Assembly (NCBI GenBank): GCA_963760795.1
Contig: CAVXEP010000032.1
Span: 416,001-480,000, forward strand
DNA: 64,000 nt
Origin: an uncultured delta proteobacterium
GTDB lineage: Bacteria > Desulfobacterota > Binatia > UBA9968
Reading direction: 5' to 3'
The stretch's first letter is position 1, and each line of letters begins with the position of its first letter. Of the stretch, positions 1 to 9,641 are shown piece after piece. Below the pieces are notes generated by a model. It saw only the letters and a program-made list of their open reading frames with translations, was not told where the DNA came from and searched no databases. Both the position numbers and the translations under genes were made by a program.

Positions 1-1
1 G

Positions 2-100
2 CGCGAATACTACTACGCCGAAACCCGCCGCGGCGATTTGCTGTGGCTCTACTATGACCGGGTGAGAAGGAGATGGTTTCTTCAGGGCGCGGTCGAATGA
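2..100 (+). CDS. imuB: C-terminus of ImuB (Y-family polymerase-like mutasome protein), partial at window edge
   Basis: Hand translation REYYYAETRRGDLLWLYYDRVRRRWFLQGAVE* matches the characteristic ImuB C-terminal motif (RxYY...G...WxYxD...WFLxG). Confidence 0.8.
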   Translation, partial: REYYYAETRRGDLLWLYYDRVRRRWFLQGAVE

Positions 101-106
101 TCGCTC

Positions 107-139
107 CGTTCAAAAGTTCAACAGTTCAAAGGTTCAACG
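107..139 (+). repeat. 4x GTTCAANN octamer tandem repeat (left arm)
   Basis: GTTCAA at 108, 116, 124, 132. Confidence 0.9.
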
Positions 140-179
140 TATTTCGGAGCAGAGTTCTAAGAAGTAATTGGAGGTTTGT

Positions 180-593
180 ATGGCTGTGAAAGTGTTTGAA
201 GACCTTGAGGTATGGAAAGAGGCTCGTCGGCTAACTCAAAGAATTTATCAGCTGACGAAAGATGAAAGCTTCGCAAAGGATTTCGGTCTACGTGACCAAA
301 TTCGGCGGGCAGCTGTGTCGATCATGTCGAATATTGCCGAAGGATTTGAGCGGGGCGGTAATCAGGAATTCGTTCAATTTCTTTACGTCGCCAAAGCTTC
401 GTGTGGTGAAGTGAGATCCCAGGTCTATGTGGCTTTCGACCAGAGTTACGTGGCGAACACAGCAGTCGACGAGCTGACAAACTCTTTCAAACGATTGTCG
501 AGCATGATCAGCAATCTCATAACCTATCTCAGGAAAAGCGGCATGAAGGGTGAGAAGTTCAGAAAAACTGAATCGCCACCAAGCCGTCAGTAA
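180..593 (+). CDS. four helix bundle protein (23S rRNA intervening-sequence protein/Avd-like family)
   Basis: FEDLEVWK...DQIRRAAVSIMSNIAEG...F..A..S..E motif; GGAGG RBS before ATG 180. Confidence 0.92.
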   Translation: MAVKVFEDLEVWKEARRLTQRIYQLTKDESFAKDFGLRDQIRRAAVSIMSNIAEGFERGGNQEFVQFLYVAKASCGEVRSQVYVAFDQSYVANTAVDELTNSFKRLSSMISNLITYLRKSGMKGEKFRKTESPPSRQ

Positions 594-606
594 TTCCGAT
601 TCTGGT

Positions 607-638
607 CGTTGAACTTTTGAACGTTGAACGTTTAAACG
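607..638 (-). repeat. TTGAAC tandem repeat (right arm, inverted relative to 107-139)
   Basis: TTGAAC at 609, 617, 624 and TTAAAC at 632; reverse complement resembles the left arm. Confidence 0.88.
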
Positions 639-654
639 AAATTAAGGAGTAACC

Positions 655-954
655 ATGAACACCAATCGTTTTTTAAAAGTACATCCCGGCAGAATATTGT
701 TAGAAGAATTCCTCGCCCCGCGAGGAGTGAGCGTCTGGCATCTTGCCCGCGACATCGGCGTGCCGACGCGGCGCGTTTATGACATCGTCCAGGGCCAGCG
801 CGCCATCGACACCGACATCGCCCATCGGCTGGCGCATTACTTCGGTATGTCGGAGCGCTACTGGCTCGATCTTCAGGCGCGGTATGACGAGAATCAGAAG
901 GATGACGTTTATCGAAGACGTGTTGCTCGTCATTGTCTAGCCGTAGCGAAGTAG
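655..954 (+). CDS. higA: HigA family antitoxin (XRE HTH), no adjacent toxin
   Basis: HPG.IL.EEFL.P...LA...RLA.YFG.S..YWL.LQ.RYD; AAGGAG RBS. Confidence 0.85.
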   Translation: MNTNRFLKVHPGRILLEEFLAPRGVSVWHLARDIGVPTRRVYDIVQGQRAIDTDIAHRLAHYFGMSERYWLDLQARYDENQKDDVYRRRVARHCLAVAK

Positions 955-1386
955 GCTATGACCTGGTCATTTAACTGGATCTCTAATGTAGCTTAATCTT
1001 CCGCTGAACACGGAGTGATAAATGGCGCAGGACAACAATCCAAACTACTACACCAATCTCCAGCTCGTTCTTGAGGAACGTCGATGATCCGAGAAGTAAT
1101 TCGAAACGATTTGAACGGCTGGAACGTTTTGAACCTCGATTTCAATTTGGTTTTGACCAGCACGTTGATTTAAACGCACTATTGAACCGTGGCGGCAGAG
1201 GCGTGAACAGCCCAGCTGATCATCTATGATCTATAATAGTGGAAGCGTTGGCTGGAATAACCCGGCAATCGCTAGGGAGAGAGGCCGCCGGCCCAGCGGC
1301 TTTTGGCGGAGATTTTCACGTTGACAAGTTGGGGTAGCTGTTTGATATTGCAACCGATTTGGATTTTGGTGTCAGAGGCGTCGCCG

Positions 1387-1442
1387 GAGCTAAGCCGACC
1401 GGCTTTTGTCGCCGGCTACGGCGGCTCACTTAATAGTTGGGC
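1387..1442 (+). repeat. attC-like site (left end eroded)
   Basis: ctaagccgac...gcggctcac-ttaata-GTTGGGC, 4 nt before ATG 1447. Confidence 0.65.
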
Positions 1443-1446
1443 CTGC

Positions 1447-2025
1447 ATGAAACGAGTGGCAATATTTGGGAACGCTGGTGGCGGCAAGTCAACGCTTGCC
1501 CGTGAGTTGGCGGCAATCACTGGATTGCCGCTTCACGTGCTCGATAAACTTCATGGTGAAGTTCCGTACGAAGAATATCTTCAGGCACACACGGCTCTCG
1601 TAAACAGAGATGAGTGGATCATCGACGGCTTTGGCTGTATCAAGTCAGTTTGGGAGCGGTTCGAGGCCGCAGACACTTTGATACATGTCGATCTACCTCT
1701 GGCAGCGCATTTTCTGTGGGTAACAAAACGGCTGATAACAGGGATGTTCGTCACTCCAGAAGGCTGGCCCGAAAAAAGTCCGATTATCAGCAGTTCAATT
1801 CAGAGTTACCGGGTACTCTGGCCTTGTCACAGCCGCCTGACGCCAAAGTACAGGTCGTACACTTCAGAAGCGGCACAACGAAAAAGGGTTTTTCATTTGC
1901 GTTCCAAGCAAGAGTTGAAGCAGTTTCTACAAGCCATCAAGCGGGAAGTCGGCTCTTTCCAGAGCCATGCGGCCCAACCAGTGGTTCACACCGACGTGCC
2001 CGCCTCCGGCGGGCCCGCGGGTTAA
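1447..2025 (+). CDS. adenylate kinase-like P-loop protein (topology modulation/FlaR-like), cassette gene
   Basis: MKRVAIFGNAGGGKST Walker A, WIIDG; C-terminus runs into the attC. Confidence 0.85.
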   Translation: MKRVAIFGNAGGGKSTLARELAAITGLPLHVLDKLHGEVPYEEYLQAHTALVNRDEWIIDGFGCIKSVWERFEAADTLIHVDLPLAAHFLWVTKRLITGMFVTPEGWPEKSPIISSSIQSYRVLWPCHSRLTPKYRSYTSEAAQRKRVFHLRSKQELKQFLQAIKREVGSFQSHAAQPVVHTDVPASGGPAG

Positions 2026-2039
2026 CCGGAGCGTTCTGG
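1972..2039 (+). repeat. attC site
   Basis: GCCCAAC-cagtggttcacaccgac...gcgggttaaccggagc-GTT; 68 bp with inner palindrome. Confidence 0.8.
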
Positions 2040-2043
2040 CTGT

Positions 2044-2790
2044 ATGAAAGGGGCAAGACGTGCGGTGCAGCGGCGGATAGCGCGAGCGATCACCGCGGCG
2101 CTGCTAGCGACTGCGGTAGTCGACGCCTCCGCCGAGCCGGAGATGACGTTTAAGTTCTCCGGTGTTCGCTCTACCGCGGCGGCGGCGTTTCAAAGCGAGA
2201 TGCAGCGGGCGCGCGCGAAGGTGCGCGAGTGGTGGGGTGCCACTTTCGAGGGCTTGATCTCTATCCAGACGAACACTGAGCGAGTGCTGTCGATGGCGTT
2301 AATTCCCGCTTGGCGTGGCGAGCGTGGCCAGATGATCTTCGGCGCGAAGCGCGTCGACGCGGGCGAGGCTGCGACCGTGCACGAGATGATCCATGTTTAT
2401 GCGCCCAATGCCAACCGGTTTCTCGCGGAAGGCCTCGCCGTGTATGGTCACGATCTCTTGGGCGGTCCGCCCGCCTACCCCAATTTCGGGAAAAGCCTCG
2501 ACGACATTGCCGGCCGTAGCGCGAACCGGGAGCTTGCGATGGCGCTTGAGCGCACACCTACGCCGAACCCTTTGGAAAGCGTAAGCAAGGAAGGCGAAGC
2601 GATTGCGGGCTCGTTCGTCAAATTCCTGATCGAGCGGCACGGCATGGACAAGTTCCGCGCGCTCTATGCGCTCACGCCACTCGCTCGGATGCAACGCGAT
2701 CCAGGCGGACCCACGCGCTGGCAGCAGGTCTACGGCGAGAGCTTCGAGGTGATCGTGGACGCTTGGCTCACTATACTGCCGAGAAGTTAG
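2044..2790 (+). CDS. secreted HEXXH metallopeptidase-like protein (gluzincin/peptidase MA-like)
   Basis: Signal-peptide-like N-terminus, VHEMIH...EGLA, GSFVKFLIE.HG. Confidence 0.7.
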   Translation: MKGARRAVQRRIARAITAALLATAVVDASAEPEMTFKFSGVRSTAAAAFQSEMQRARAKVREWWGATFEGLISIQTNTERVLSMALIPAWRGERGQMIFGAKRVDAGEAATVHEMIHVYAPNANRFLAEGLAVYGHDLLGGPPAYPNFGKSLDDIAGRSANRELAMALERTPTPNPLESVSKEGEAIAGSFVKFLIERHGMDKFRALYALTPLARMQRDPGGPTRWQQVYGESFEVIVDAWLTILPRS

Positions 2791-2823
2791 AGCAGAAAGA
2801 AAGGGGACATTGTGAATTTTTAG

Positions 2824-2881
2824 GCCTAACTCTCTGCTTCAGACCGACGCCGAATGCGCGCGGCTGAGCGTCACGTTCTAC
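2824..2881 (+). repeat. attC site
   Basis: GCCTAAC-tctctgcttcagaccgac...gcggctgagcgtcac-GTT; 58 bp. Confidence 0.82.
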
Positions 2882-3233
2882 TTCAAAGAAATGATTATCG
2901 TCCTGGACAGGGTCAACTGCCTCTGGAAAAACTGATACGGCGTGGGCTTTGGTCTCTCTCCAGGAACGTATCGTTTTTCTTGAAAACGACTGTTTCGCGT
3001 TGCGCAAACCATTTGATTCGAGCAATCAGAGAAGATTTAGTCACGCTGTACGATCAGCTACTTTTGAACGTTCAATTTCACCGTAAACGTGGCAATCCAG
3101 ATTTCGTCATTACTCTGTCACCGCCGATGGCAATTATATTTCCCGAAATGAAGTTCCGGTTCGAAGCCTTGGATCCCCAAATCTTTCCTTTCCTGCTGAC
3201 TCTGCACGCGTAGCGAGGCGGCGAGACGAATAG

Positions 3234-3419
3234 TTGAGCGTAGTCCGAGGGGAGCACCAGAAAGTGAGAGAACGGCGATGGCTAGGTGAAGATATCCAGA
3301 GTCTCAACTGTAGCTTTCCAGATGAGTCGGTCTTTATCAGAATTGACACGACGGAGATAGATGAGCTTGCAGTTGCCGAGCAGATCCGTAACAGAATTAA
3401 AAGCAGACCCAGGGCTTAA
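3234..3419 (+). pseudogene. cassette remnant, C-terminal fragment of a kinase/AAA-like protein
   Basis: ...IRIDTTEIDELAVAEQI resembles a P-loop kinase C-terminus; bounded by GTTGAGC and GCTTAAC. Confidence 0.35.
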
Positions 3420-3470
3420 CCGCACCGCCATCCCGCAAGGCGGGTTAGCGGACGGTTGGCCCAATTAGAC
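3414..3470 (+). repeat. degenerate attC-like palindrome
   Basis: ttaaccgcaccgcc-cccgcaaggcggg-gcggacggttgg-ATTAGAC. Confidence 0.45.
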
Positions 3471-3493
3471 AGCCGAAAGTCAGGAGGACGCCG

Positions 3494-4354
3494 ATGATCG
3501 ATCCGATCAGACGCAAAATACTGAAAGCGGGCGCCGCGGCGACGGTGATCGCCGCAGCGCCGCGCGTGTTTGCTCAGCAGGCTGGGCAGGGAGGCGCTGC
3601 CATGTCCTTCTACGAAAAAGGCCCCGTTCGCATCCGCTATCAGGAGGCCGGTTCCGGCTTCCCGTTGTTGCTCATCGCTGGCGGGGGACTAAACTCGGCG
3701 ATCTCCGGCTTGACCACCGCTCCTTTCAATCCGATCGAGGAATTCAAGGGAGAGTACCGTTGCATCGCGTCGGACCTGCGCAACGCGAATACCGGCCAGT
3801 CCTCCGGCCCGCTCGAAATCGACCGGACGTGGGATTCATTTACCGATGACCAGCTCGGTCTGATGGATCACTTGGGCGTCGACAAGTTCATGGTGCTGGG
3901 TTTCTGCATTGGTGGCCCCTTCATCTGGAACCTCATCAAGAGGGCACCCGATCGTGTTGTCGCCGCCGTGCTGGCACAGCCCGTCGGGTTCCGGCCGGAG
4001 ATGCCCAACGTCATGTACGACAGCGGCATGACCGGCTGGGGTCCGGCGCTGATCAAGCGCCGGACCGAGATTACGATGGAGATGGTCGAAAAATTTCTGA
4101 CCAAGATGTACCGCACGAATCCCGACTTCGTCTACACCGTGACACGCGATTTCGTGCGTCAGTGCCAGACGCCTATCCTGATCCTGCCGGACGATATCCC
4201 GGCGCATCCGTACGCCGTCGCCATGGAGGTTGCGATGCTCGCGCCGAAGGCCGAAGTGAGCCTGTACCCATGGAAAGAGCCCAAGGAACGGATTCCCCTG
4301 GCGGTGCGCCATATACGTTCCTTCCTGCGGGCGCATCGGCCTGCTTCTGTTTAG
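3494..4354 (+). CDS. alpha/beta hydrolase with Tat-like signal
   Basis: RRKILK signal; GFCIGG nucleophile elbow with Cys; AGGAGG RBS. Confidence 0.85.
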   Translation: MIDPIRRKILKAGAAATVIAAAPRVFAQQAGQGGAAMSFYEKGPVRIRYQEAGSGFPLLLIAGGGLNSAISGLTTAPFNPIEEFKGEYRCIASDLRNANTGQSSGPLEIDRTWDSFTDDQLGLMDHLGVDKFMVLGFCIGGPFIWNLIKRAPDRVVAAVLAQPVGFRPEMPNVMYDSGMTGWGPALIKRRTEITMEMVEKFLTKMYRTNPDFVYTVTRDFVRQCQTPILILPDDIPAHPYAVAMEVAMLAPKAEVSLYPWKEPKERIPLAVRHIRSFLRAHRPASV

Positions 4355-4822
4355 ACGGCGGTGTCTATACGACAAGAGGCTGACGCCCGGTCCGCGTTAC
4401 ACCTTGCTCATGCCGTCTAACCTTGCATGCCCACGGTGACAGCACCTACCGCCATGACGGCTAACCAATAAAGATTGAGACGACTTCAGAAGTCGTTTCG
4501 GTGTTCAAGAGGCTCGTGATCAAGGCAATAGCAATCAATAAGGGTAATGATGCGGCGTGTTGATTTTCGCCGAGGGTTGAAAGTCAGTTTGGCTGCGTAA
4601 AAGGGCGCGCAGTGAATTTGCAGTGATAGTTTTTGGTCATGCTCAGCATTGTTTCAAGCCGACACCTGGGAATTGTGAGCGTCGGGAGCGACATAGTTGG
4701 GGACGTGGGCGCACCTCGGCGCATCCCCTCAATCACCGCGTCGGACCTGCACAATCCATTATCTTGTGATATAAGATCGCGAAAAATGGCTTGCTCGGGT
4801 GCTTAGCCGAAGCTTTATTCAG

Positions 4823-4916
4823 CTGAAACAAACGTTCAAGGTGCTGCGAGGCGATCGCTGGTCAAGAGCATCGCGGCCGCGTTACTCGGCCGCAGCCGCT
4901 GAACCTGGTGTTGAGC
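4823..4916 (+). repeat. attC-like site
   Basis: CTGAAAC-aaacgttcaag...gcagccgctgaacctggt-GTTGAGC. Confidence 0.6.
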
Positions 4917-4936
4917 GTCAAAGCGAAAGATTGCAT

Positions 4937-5332
4937 ATGCAGAACGATGAACAGGAAATTCGGCAGCTCGTTTCCACTTGGATGGCTGCGAGCAAGGCGG
5001 GAGATGTTGAGAAAGTCTTATCGCTGATGGCGGATGATGTTGTCTTTCTCGTACCTGGCCAACCGGTCATGCGCAAAGCCGACTTCGCGGCCGCGGCGCG
5101 AGCTCAATCAGGCCAAGACGCTCCGCAATTTGACGGCTCAAGTGAGATTCAAGAGATCAAGATTCTCGGTGACTGGGCCTTTATGTGGACCAAGCTTACC
5201 GTCGTCGTGACTCCGCCCGGTGGCGCTCAAACCATGACGCGTGCAGGTCATACATTGACTATCCTAAAGAAGCAAAGTGGCAAATGGGTGCTTGCGCGTG
5301 ATGCCAATATGCTCGCTCCGGTGTCGAAATGA
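4937..5332 (+). CDS. SgcJ/EcaC/DUF4440 NTF2-like protein
   Basis: MQNDEQEIRQLVSTW...GDVE.VL.LM.DDVVFL...W.LARDAN. Confidence 0.85.
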   Translation: MQNDEQEIRQLVSTWMAASKAGDVEKVLSLMADDVVFLVPGQPVMRKADFAAAARAQSGQDAPQFDGSSEIQEIKILGDWAFMWTKLTVVVTPPGGAQTMTRAGHTLTILKKQSGKWVLARDANMLAPVSK

Positions 5333-5333
5333 C

Positions 5334-5431
5334 GCCTAATCCATCATTCTAGTCGCGCGTCTCTCGCAAGATCAACGAGCACGTTGCTTCAGACCGACGC
5401 GGAATGCGCGCGGCTGAGGTCTGGGTTAGGC
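5334..5431 (+). repeat. composite attC site
   Basis: GCCTAAT ... 34 nt core 33/34 identical to 2835-2868 ... GTTAGGC. Confidence 0.75.
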
Positions 5432-5449
5432 CACTGACATACGCACTTT

Positions 5450-6010
5450 ATGAAGACCGAAAAGCAAAAGATGCTTGCGGGAGAGCTCTACGATCCTCTC
5501 GATCCGGAGCTCTGTCAGGAGCGCCAGCGATGCCGCGACCTATGCAAGTTGCTTAATGATTCACGGGAAGAGCAACAGGAGGAGCGGAAGGGCATTATAG
5601 CCGACCTTCTCGGAAGCCCCACCGATGCTTGGATCCAGCCGCCCTTCTTTTGTGATTACGGCACGAACATCTCGCTAGGTGCTAAGGTTTTTTTCAACTT
5701 CAACTGTGTGGTGCTCGATGTGATGCAAGTCACGATCGGCAGCAACGTTCTCTTTGGTCCATCTGTGCAGATTTACACGGCGACTCATCCGATCAACGCC
5801 GTAGAACGACGCAAGTGGTTGGAGTCCGCAAAGCCGATCACCATTGGATCAGACGTTTGGGTGGGCGGTGGTGCGATCATCTGCCCTGGTGTCACGATCG
5901 GTGATCGCACCGTCATTGGTGCAGGCAGCGTGGTTACGCGAAATATTCCCTCAGACGTGTTTGCCGCGGGGAATCCGTGCCGTGTTATTCGTCCCCTTGA
6001 CGAACAATAG
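5450..6010 (+). CDS. maa: maltose/sugar O-acetyltransferase
   Basis: EKQKMLAGELY, PFFCDYG.NI, hexapeptide repeats, AAGNPCRVIR. Confidence 0.92.
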   Translation: MKTEKQKMLAGELYDPLDPELCQERQRCRDLCKLLNDSREEQQEERKGIIADLLGSPTDAWIQPPFFCDYGTNISLGAKVFFNFNCVVLDVMQVTIGSNVLFGPSVQIYTATHPINAVERRKWLESAKPITIGSDVWVGGGAIICPGVTIGDRTVIGAGSVVTRNIPSDVFAAGNPCRVIRPLDEQ

Positions 6011-6034
6011 TATTTACAAACTCCACCGAACGTG

Positions 6035-6112
6035 GCCTAACCATGCGCTGCAGTGAACCCGGCCATCACGATCTGATTGCAATCGTGCCCGATCTACTGA
6101 CAACAGTTAGCC
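6035..6112 (+). repeat. attC-like site
   Basis: GCCTAAC-catgcgctgcagtgaac...GTTAGCC. Confidence 0.65.
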
Positions 6113-6197
6113 CAATTGAACAACGGTTTTTAAGATCGTCTTATTCGTTACGCGCAGCGAGCATTTCGCGGTCAACAAAACAAAGAAAGGACATTTT

Positions 6198-6875
6198 ATG
6201 ACTATGACGCCACGCCTCCGCAAATTCGCGCTCACTGCGCACATCACTTTCTCCGTCGGCTGGCTTGGCGCCGTCGTTCCTTACCTGGCGCTCGCCATCG
6301 TCGGTCTGACCAGTCACGATGCGCAGATGGTGCGCGCCGCGTATCTCTCGATGGAGTTGATTGGCTGGTTTGTCATCGTCCCATTGAGCCTCGCCGCACT
6401 GTTGAGCGGGCTTGTCCAGTCATTGGGCACCCCATGGGGCTTGTTCCGACACTGGTGGATAGTGGCAAAGTTCCTGCTGACGACGGGTGCCACTATCGTC
6501 TTGCTGGGGCACATGGAGGCAGTGAGCCGCATGTCAGGCATAGCGGCAAAGACGACATTGTCCAGTGCTGATTTCCGCAGCCTGCGGGTTCAGCTCGTGG
6601 TCCACGCTGCGGGCGGATTGCTGGTGTTGCTTGCGGTCACGGGATTATCGTTGTTCAAGCCGTGGGGCATGACCACTTACGGCCGGCGTCAGGTATCGCA
6701 GGCTGATTTGCCATCGCGTCCCAGGGGCGACCCCAGGTTGGTGCGCGAACCGGTCATTGCCACCGGCACCCCACGCTGGCTGCGCGTAGTGGGTATTCAC
6801 GCCATCGGTCTCGTCCTGCTGTTTGTCATACTGCACCTCACCGGTGTGCATGGCGGCGACCTGGGGAGCCATTGA
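6198..6875 (+). CDS. DUF2269-like membrane protein
   Basis: RK.ALT.HI..SVGWLG, SLGTPWGLFRHWW, KPWG; several TM segments. Confidence 0.8.
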   Translation: MTMTPRLRKFALTAHITFSVGWLGAVVPYLALAIVGLTSHDAQMVRAAYLSMELIGWFVIVPLSLAALLSGLVQSLGTPWGLFRHWWIVAKFLLTTGATIVLLGHMEAVSRMSGIAAKTTLSSADFRSLRVQLVVHAAGGLLVLLAVTGLSLFKPWGMTTYGRRQVSQADLPSRPRGDPRLVREPVIATGTPRWLRVVGIHAIGLVLLFVILHLTGVHGGDLGSH

Positions 6876-7192
6876 GCATCGCATGAAGCTTCGCGAGCTT
6901 GGTCGGGTGCTGTCGCAAGACGCCGAGACAGTTTAAGTTTCACGTTCGACGGATGGTAGAGCATGAACCTGCTGGCCAACAAGCCGATGAATCTGACGGT
7001 TGTGGCGTTAAAGAGGTATCTCTCGCCGCCCAAAATGGCCGCTCAGGCGCTTAGGAGAGTCGTTTATTGTATAAAGAAATGTCTGATCAGGTACAGCAGG
7101 TGATCATAGATATCGTTTTGGATGTGTTACATGGCCACAGGGATTCGGCCTCGCAGTGCTTCTTACCGATTTCGTTTACACGGGGGTGATCT

Positions 7193-7492
7193 ATGGCAAG
7201 TGAAGCTGTGAGAGTAGTCGCGAAAGTTACCGCGCAACATGGCAAAGTTGAGGATCTCAAAGCGATTTTGCTGGGTCTCATAGGGCCGACACGCACGGAA
7301 AAGGGTTGCGTCAGCTATCAGTTATTGCAAAACAAAACCGACGAGAGCGATTTTGTTTTCGTTGAAGAATGGACGAGCGATGCCGCCATTGATAACCACA
7401 TGACAACCTCTCATGTGCAAGACGCCTTGGCCAAGATTGAGTCGATGCTCGCCCAGGAGCCTGATATCCGCAGGTACGTGATTATTGGGTAA
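7193..7492 (+). CDS. antibiotic biosynthesis monooxygenase (ABM) family protein
   Basis: TR.E.GC.SY.L..., FVFVEEW.S..A...H. Confidence 0.88.
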   Translation: MASEAVRVVAKVTAQHGKVEDLKAILLGLIGPTRTEKGCVSYQLLQNKTDESDFVFVEEWTSDAAIDNHMTTSHVQDALAKIESMLAQEPDIRRYVIIG

Positions 7493-7533
7493 ATATTTGC
7501 TGTATTCGACCTCATAGCGTACTGATACGATGA

Positions 7534-8817
7534 ATGAATCATTCAATTCAGGACGAGTTGACCATTGTTATGGCAGTGGTGTTTATTTGTGGCATTTTGC
7601 TGCTATCGATCGTCATTTGGTCGATCAGACGTCACCGCGATCCCAAACTGCACATTGAATGTGGTTCGCCGATCGATGAGCTGATTCCTTCCCTCGCCGG
7701 CCTGACGCTCAGCACAGCCGTTGCTGGCAATTCCGTCGAAGTCTTGGAGAACGGCGCTTTTTTCGAAGTGCTGCTGCAGCGAATTCGATCAGCTCAACAC
7801 TCAGTGCATTTCGAAACCTTTCTTTGGAAGGAAGGGGTGCTCGGTCAGCGCGTGGCGGACGCGCTGTCGGAGCGGGCTCGCGCAGGCAAGCAGGTGCGTG
7901 TAATGCTTGACGCAACGGGTTCGAATAAAGTAGGCAAGGCAGCTCGGCGACAGATGGAAGAAGCCGGATGCCGATTCGTGCTTTTCCATGAAAAGACTTT
8001 ACGCAACATCGGCGTGCTGAACGACCGCGACCATCGCAAGCTCGTCGTCATCGACGGTCGCGAAGCATTCGTGGGTGGTCATTGCATCGTCGACAGTTGG
8101 CTCGGCGATGCCCAAGACAGCGAACACTTCGGCGACATCAGCCTTAGGTTGCGCGGCCCGATTGTGAACAGCGTGCAGTCCGCGTTCAGCGAGAACTGGG
8201 CTGGGGAAACGGGGGAGTTGTTCGTCGGCGACGATGTGTTTCCGACCCTGGAACCTGCAGGCGACGTGTTGATCCATGCGGCGTACGCGAAGCCGGAAGG
8301 CTCGGCGCCTGCCGTGAAGATTCTTCACCATACGGCGATATGCCTCGCCCACAAGCGAATCTGGATTCAGAATCCTTATTTCATTCCCGAGCCGGAAGCG
8401 ATCGACGCGTTCGGGGAAGCCGTCTCCCGCGGCGTTGACGTGCGCGTGATCATGCCTTCGACTGGGGGATCCGATAACCCCATGGTGCAACACGCCGGGC
8501 ACCGCAACTTCGAAAAGCTTCTGCGCTGCGGCGTGCGTCTGTTCGAGTATCCCCACACGCTGCTGCATCAGAAAGTGATGACCATCGATGGTGTTTGGAG
8601 TGCGATCGGTTCAAGCAATTTCGACGACCGGTCTTTCGAGACCAACGACGAAATCACGCTCGGGATCCGGGACGCAGCAACGGCACAAAGGCTCGATGCC
8701 GTGTTCGAGAAGTACGCACCCCATTGCAAGGAAATCGAGCTTGAGGCGTGGCGCAAGCGCGGCCTGTGGCACAAGCTGATAGACAACGCTTTCTACCTGC
8801 TCAACGAAATCCTCTGA
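7534..8817 (+). CDS. cardiolipin synthase-like phospholipase D
   Basis: Two HKD motifs HRKLVVID and HQKVMTID, GSSNFD; N-terminal TM. Confidence 0.9.
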   Translation: MNHSIQDELTIVMAVVFICGILLLSIVIWSIRRHRDPKLHIECGSPIDELIPSLAGLTLSTAVAGNSVEVLENGAFFEVLLQRIRSAQHSVHFETFLWKEGVLGQRVADALSERARAGKQVRVMLDATGSNKVGKAARRQMEEAGCRFVLFHEKTLRNIGVLNDRDHRKLVVIDGREAFVGGHCIVDSWLGDAQDSEHFGDISLRLRGPIVNSVQSAFSENWAGETGELFVGDDVFPTLEPAGDVLIHAAYAKPEGSAPAVKILHHTAICLAHKRIWIQNPYFIPEPEAIDAFGEAVSRGVDVRVIMPSTGGSDNPMVQHAGHRNFEKLLRCGVRLFEYPHTLLHQKVMTIDGVWSAIGSSNFDDRSFETNDEITLGIRDAATAQRLDAVFEKYAPHCKEIELEAWRKRGLWHKLIDNAFYLLNEIL

Positions 8818-8856
8818 CCTAATACCGGCTCGCTTTAAGTAGGACTCCGCACCCTC

Positions 8857-8958
8857 ATCCTAGCTTTGTGTTTCAAGCAACAGCGCACTGTAGCCCAGGA
8901 CAACACGATTACTTTCGAAGGGACGGTCTTACAGATCCCCAAGACTTCTCCCTTGTAG
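8857..8958 (+). mobile_element. IS transposase remnant (ISNCY/IS481-like C-terminal fragment)
   Basis: Hand translation LCFKQQRTVAQDNTITFEGTVLQIP. Confidence 0.5.
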
Positions 8959-9179
8959 GCCGCATATAACGTTCTAAGTGATGCGAGAATATCCTTCGTC
9001 AAGAGCGATCGCGATTGGGTCTCGTTGCCAATGTGAGAAACGAGCTCGTATGTCATTATCCCATAGCAGCTACACAGCGGCTCCTCGGTTCAGTCCACCT
9101 CATTTTACGGTGCCTTCAATTAACTTGATTGCCACCAAACTTTAGGGATAAAACGCTATACGTTAGAGCACGGAAAAAT

Positions 9180-9623
9180 ATGTCGGACGTTACAGAGTTC
9201 CATCAGGCAGTAAAGCACGGTGATGTGACAGCAATGAAGGCTTTGCTTGGCACAAATCGTGGGCTCGCTAACTCAAGAAGTGACACAGACCCACGTGGCA
9301 CCTATCCGCTTCATGTTGCCGCCGAATTCGGTCAGCCCGAAGCTGCTCAAGTTCTACTGGACTTTGGTGCAGATGTATCGCTTTTGGATTCTGAGAATGA
9401 CGCTATTGCTCTTGGCTGGGCAGCCTTCTTTGGGCGGCCCCAAGTTGTAGCGGTCCTGCTAGCCGCGGGCTCCGAACCAAGCCAACGCAACAAGAATGGT
9501 TTGACTCCATTAGGGTGTGCCGTGGGCGGGACGCAAGGTAGGTGGCAAAAGTTTTCTAACGCCACCCTTGACGATTGGCGAAAATCTTCTGAGATTATTC
9601 TTTCTCATGGCGGTGTCGAATGA
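9180..9623 (+). CDS. ankyrin repeat protein, cassette gene
   Basis: PLHVAAEFG, ALGWAAFFG, NGLTPL; flanked by GTTAGAGC and GCTCTAAT. Confidence 0.88.
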   Translation: MSDVTEFHQAVKHGDVTAMKALLGTNRGLANSRSDTDPRGTYPLHVAAEFGQPEAAQVLLDFGADVSLLDSENDAIALGWAAFFGRPQVVAVLLAAGSEPSQRNKNGLTPLGCAVGGTQGRWQKFSNATLDDWRKSSEIILSHGGVE

Positions 9624-9641
9624 TCTCTCTCTGCATCCGCG

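Noticed and set aside
107-139. GTTC repeats as LexA boxes
   Set aside because: Period is 8 nt rather than GTTC-N7-GTTC, they lie downstream of imuB, and they have an inverted partner at 607-638.
960-1390. attI site or integrase remnant at the head of the array
   Set aside because: No intI-like translation or clear attI recognisable by eye.
2854-3213. 119-aa ORF as a cassette gene
   Set aside because: Starts inside the attC, lacks an RBS and has no recognisable motif.
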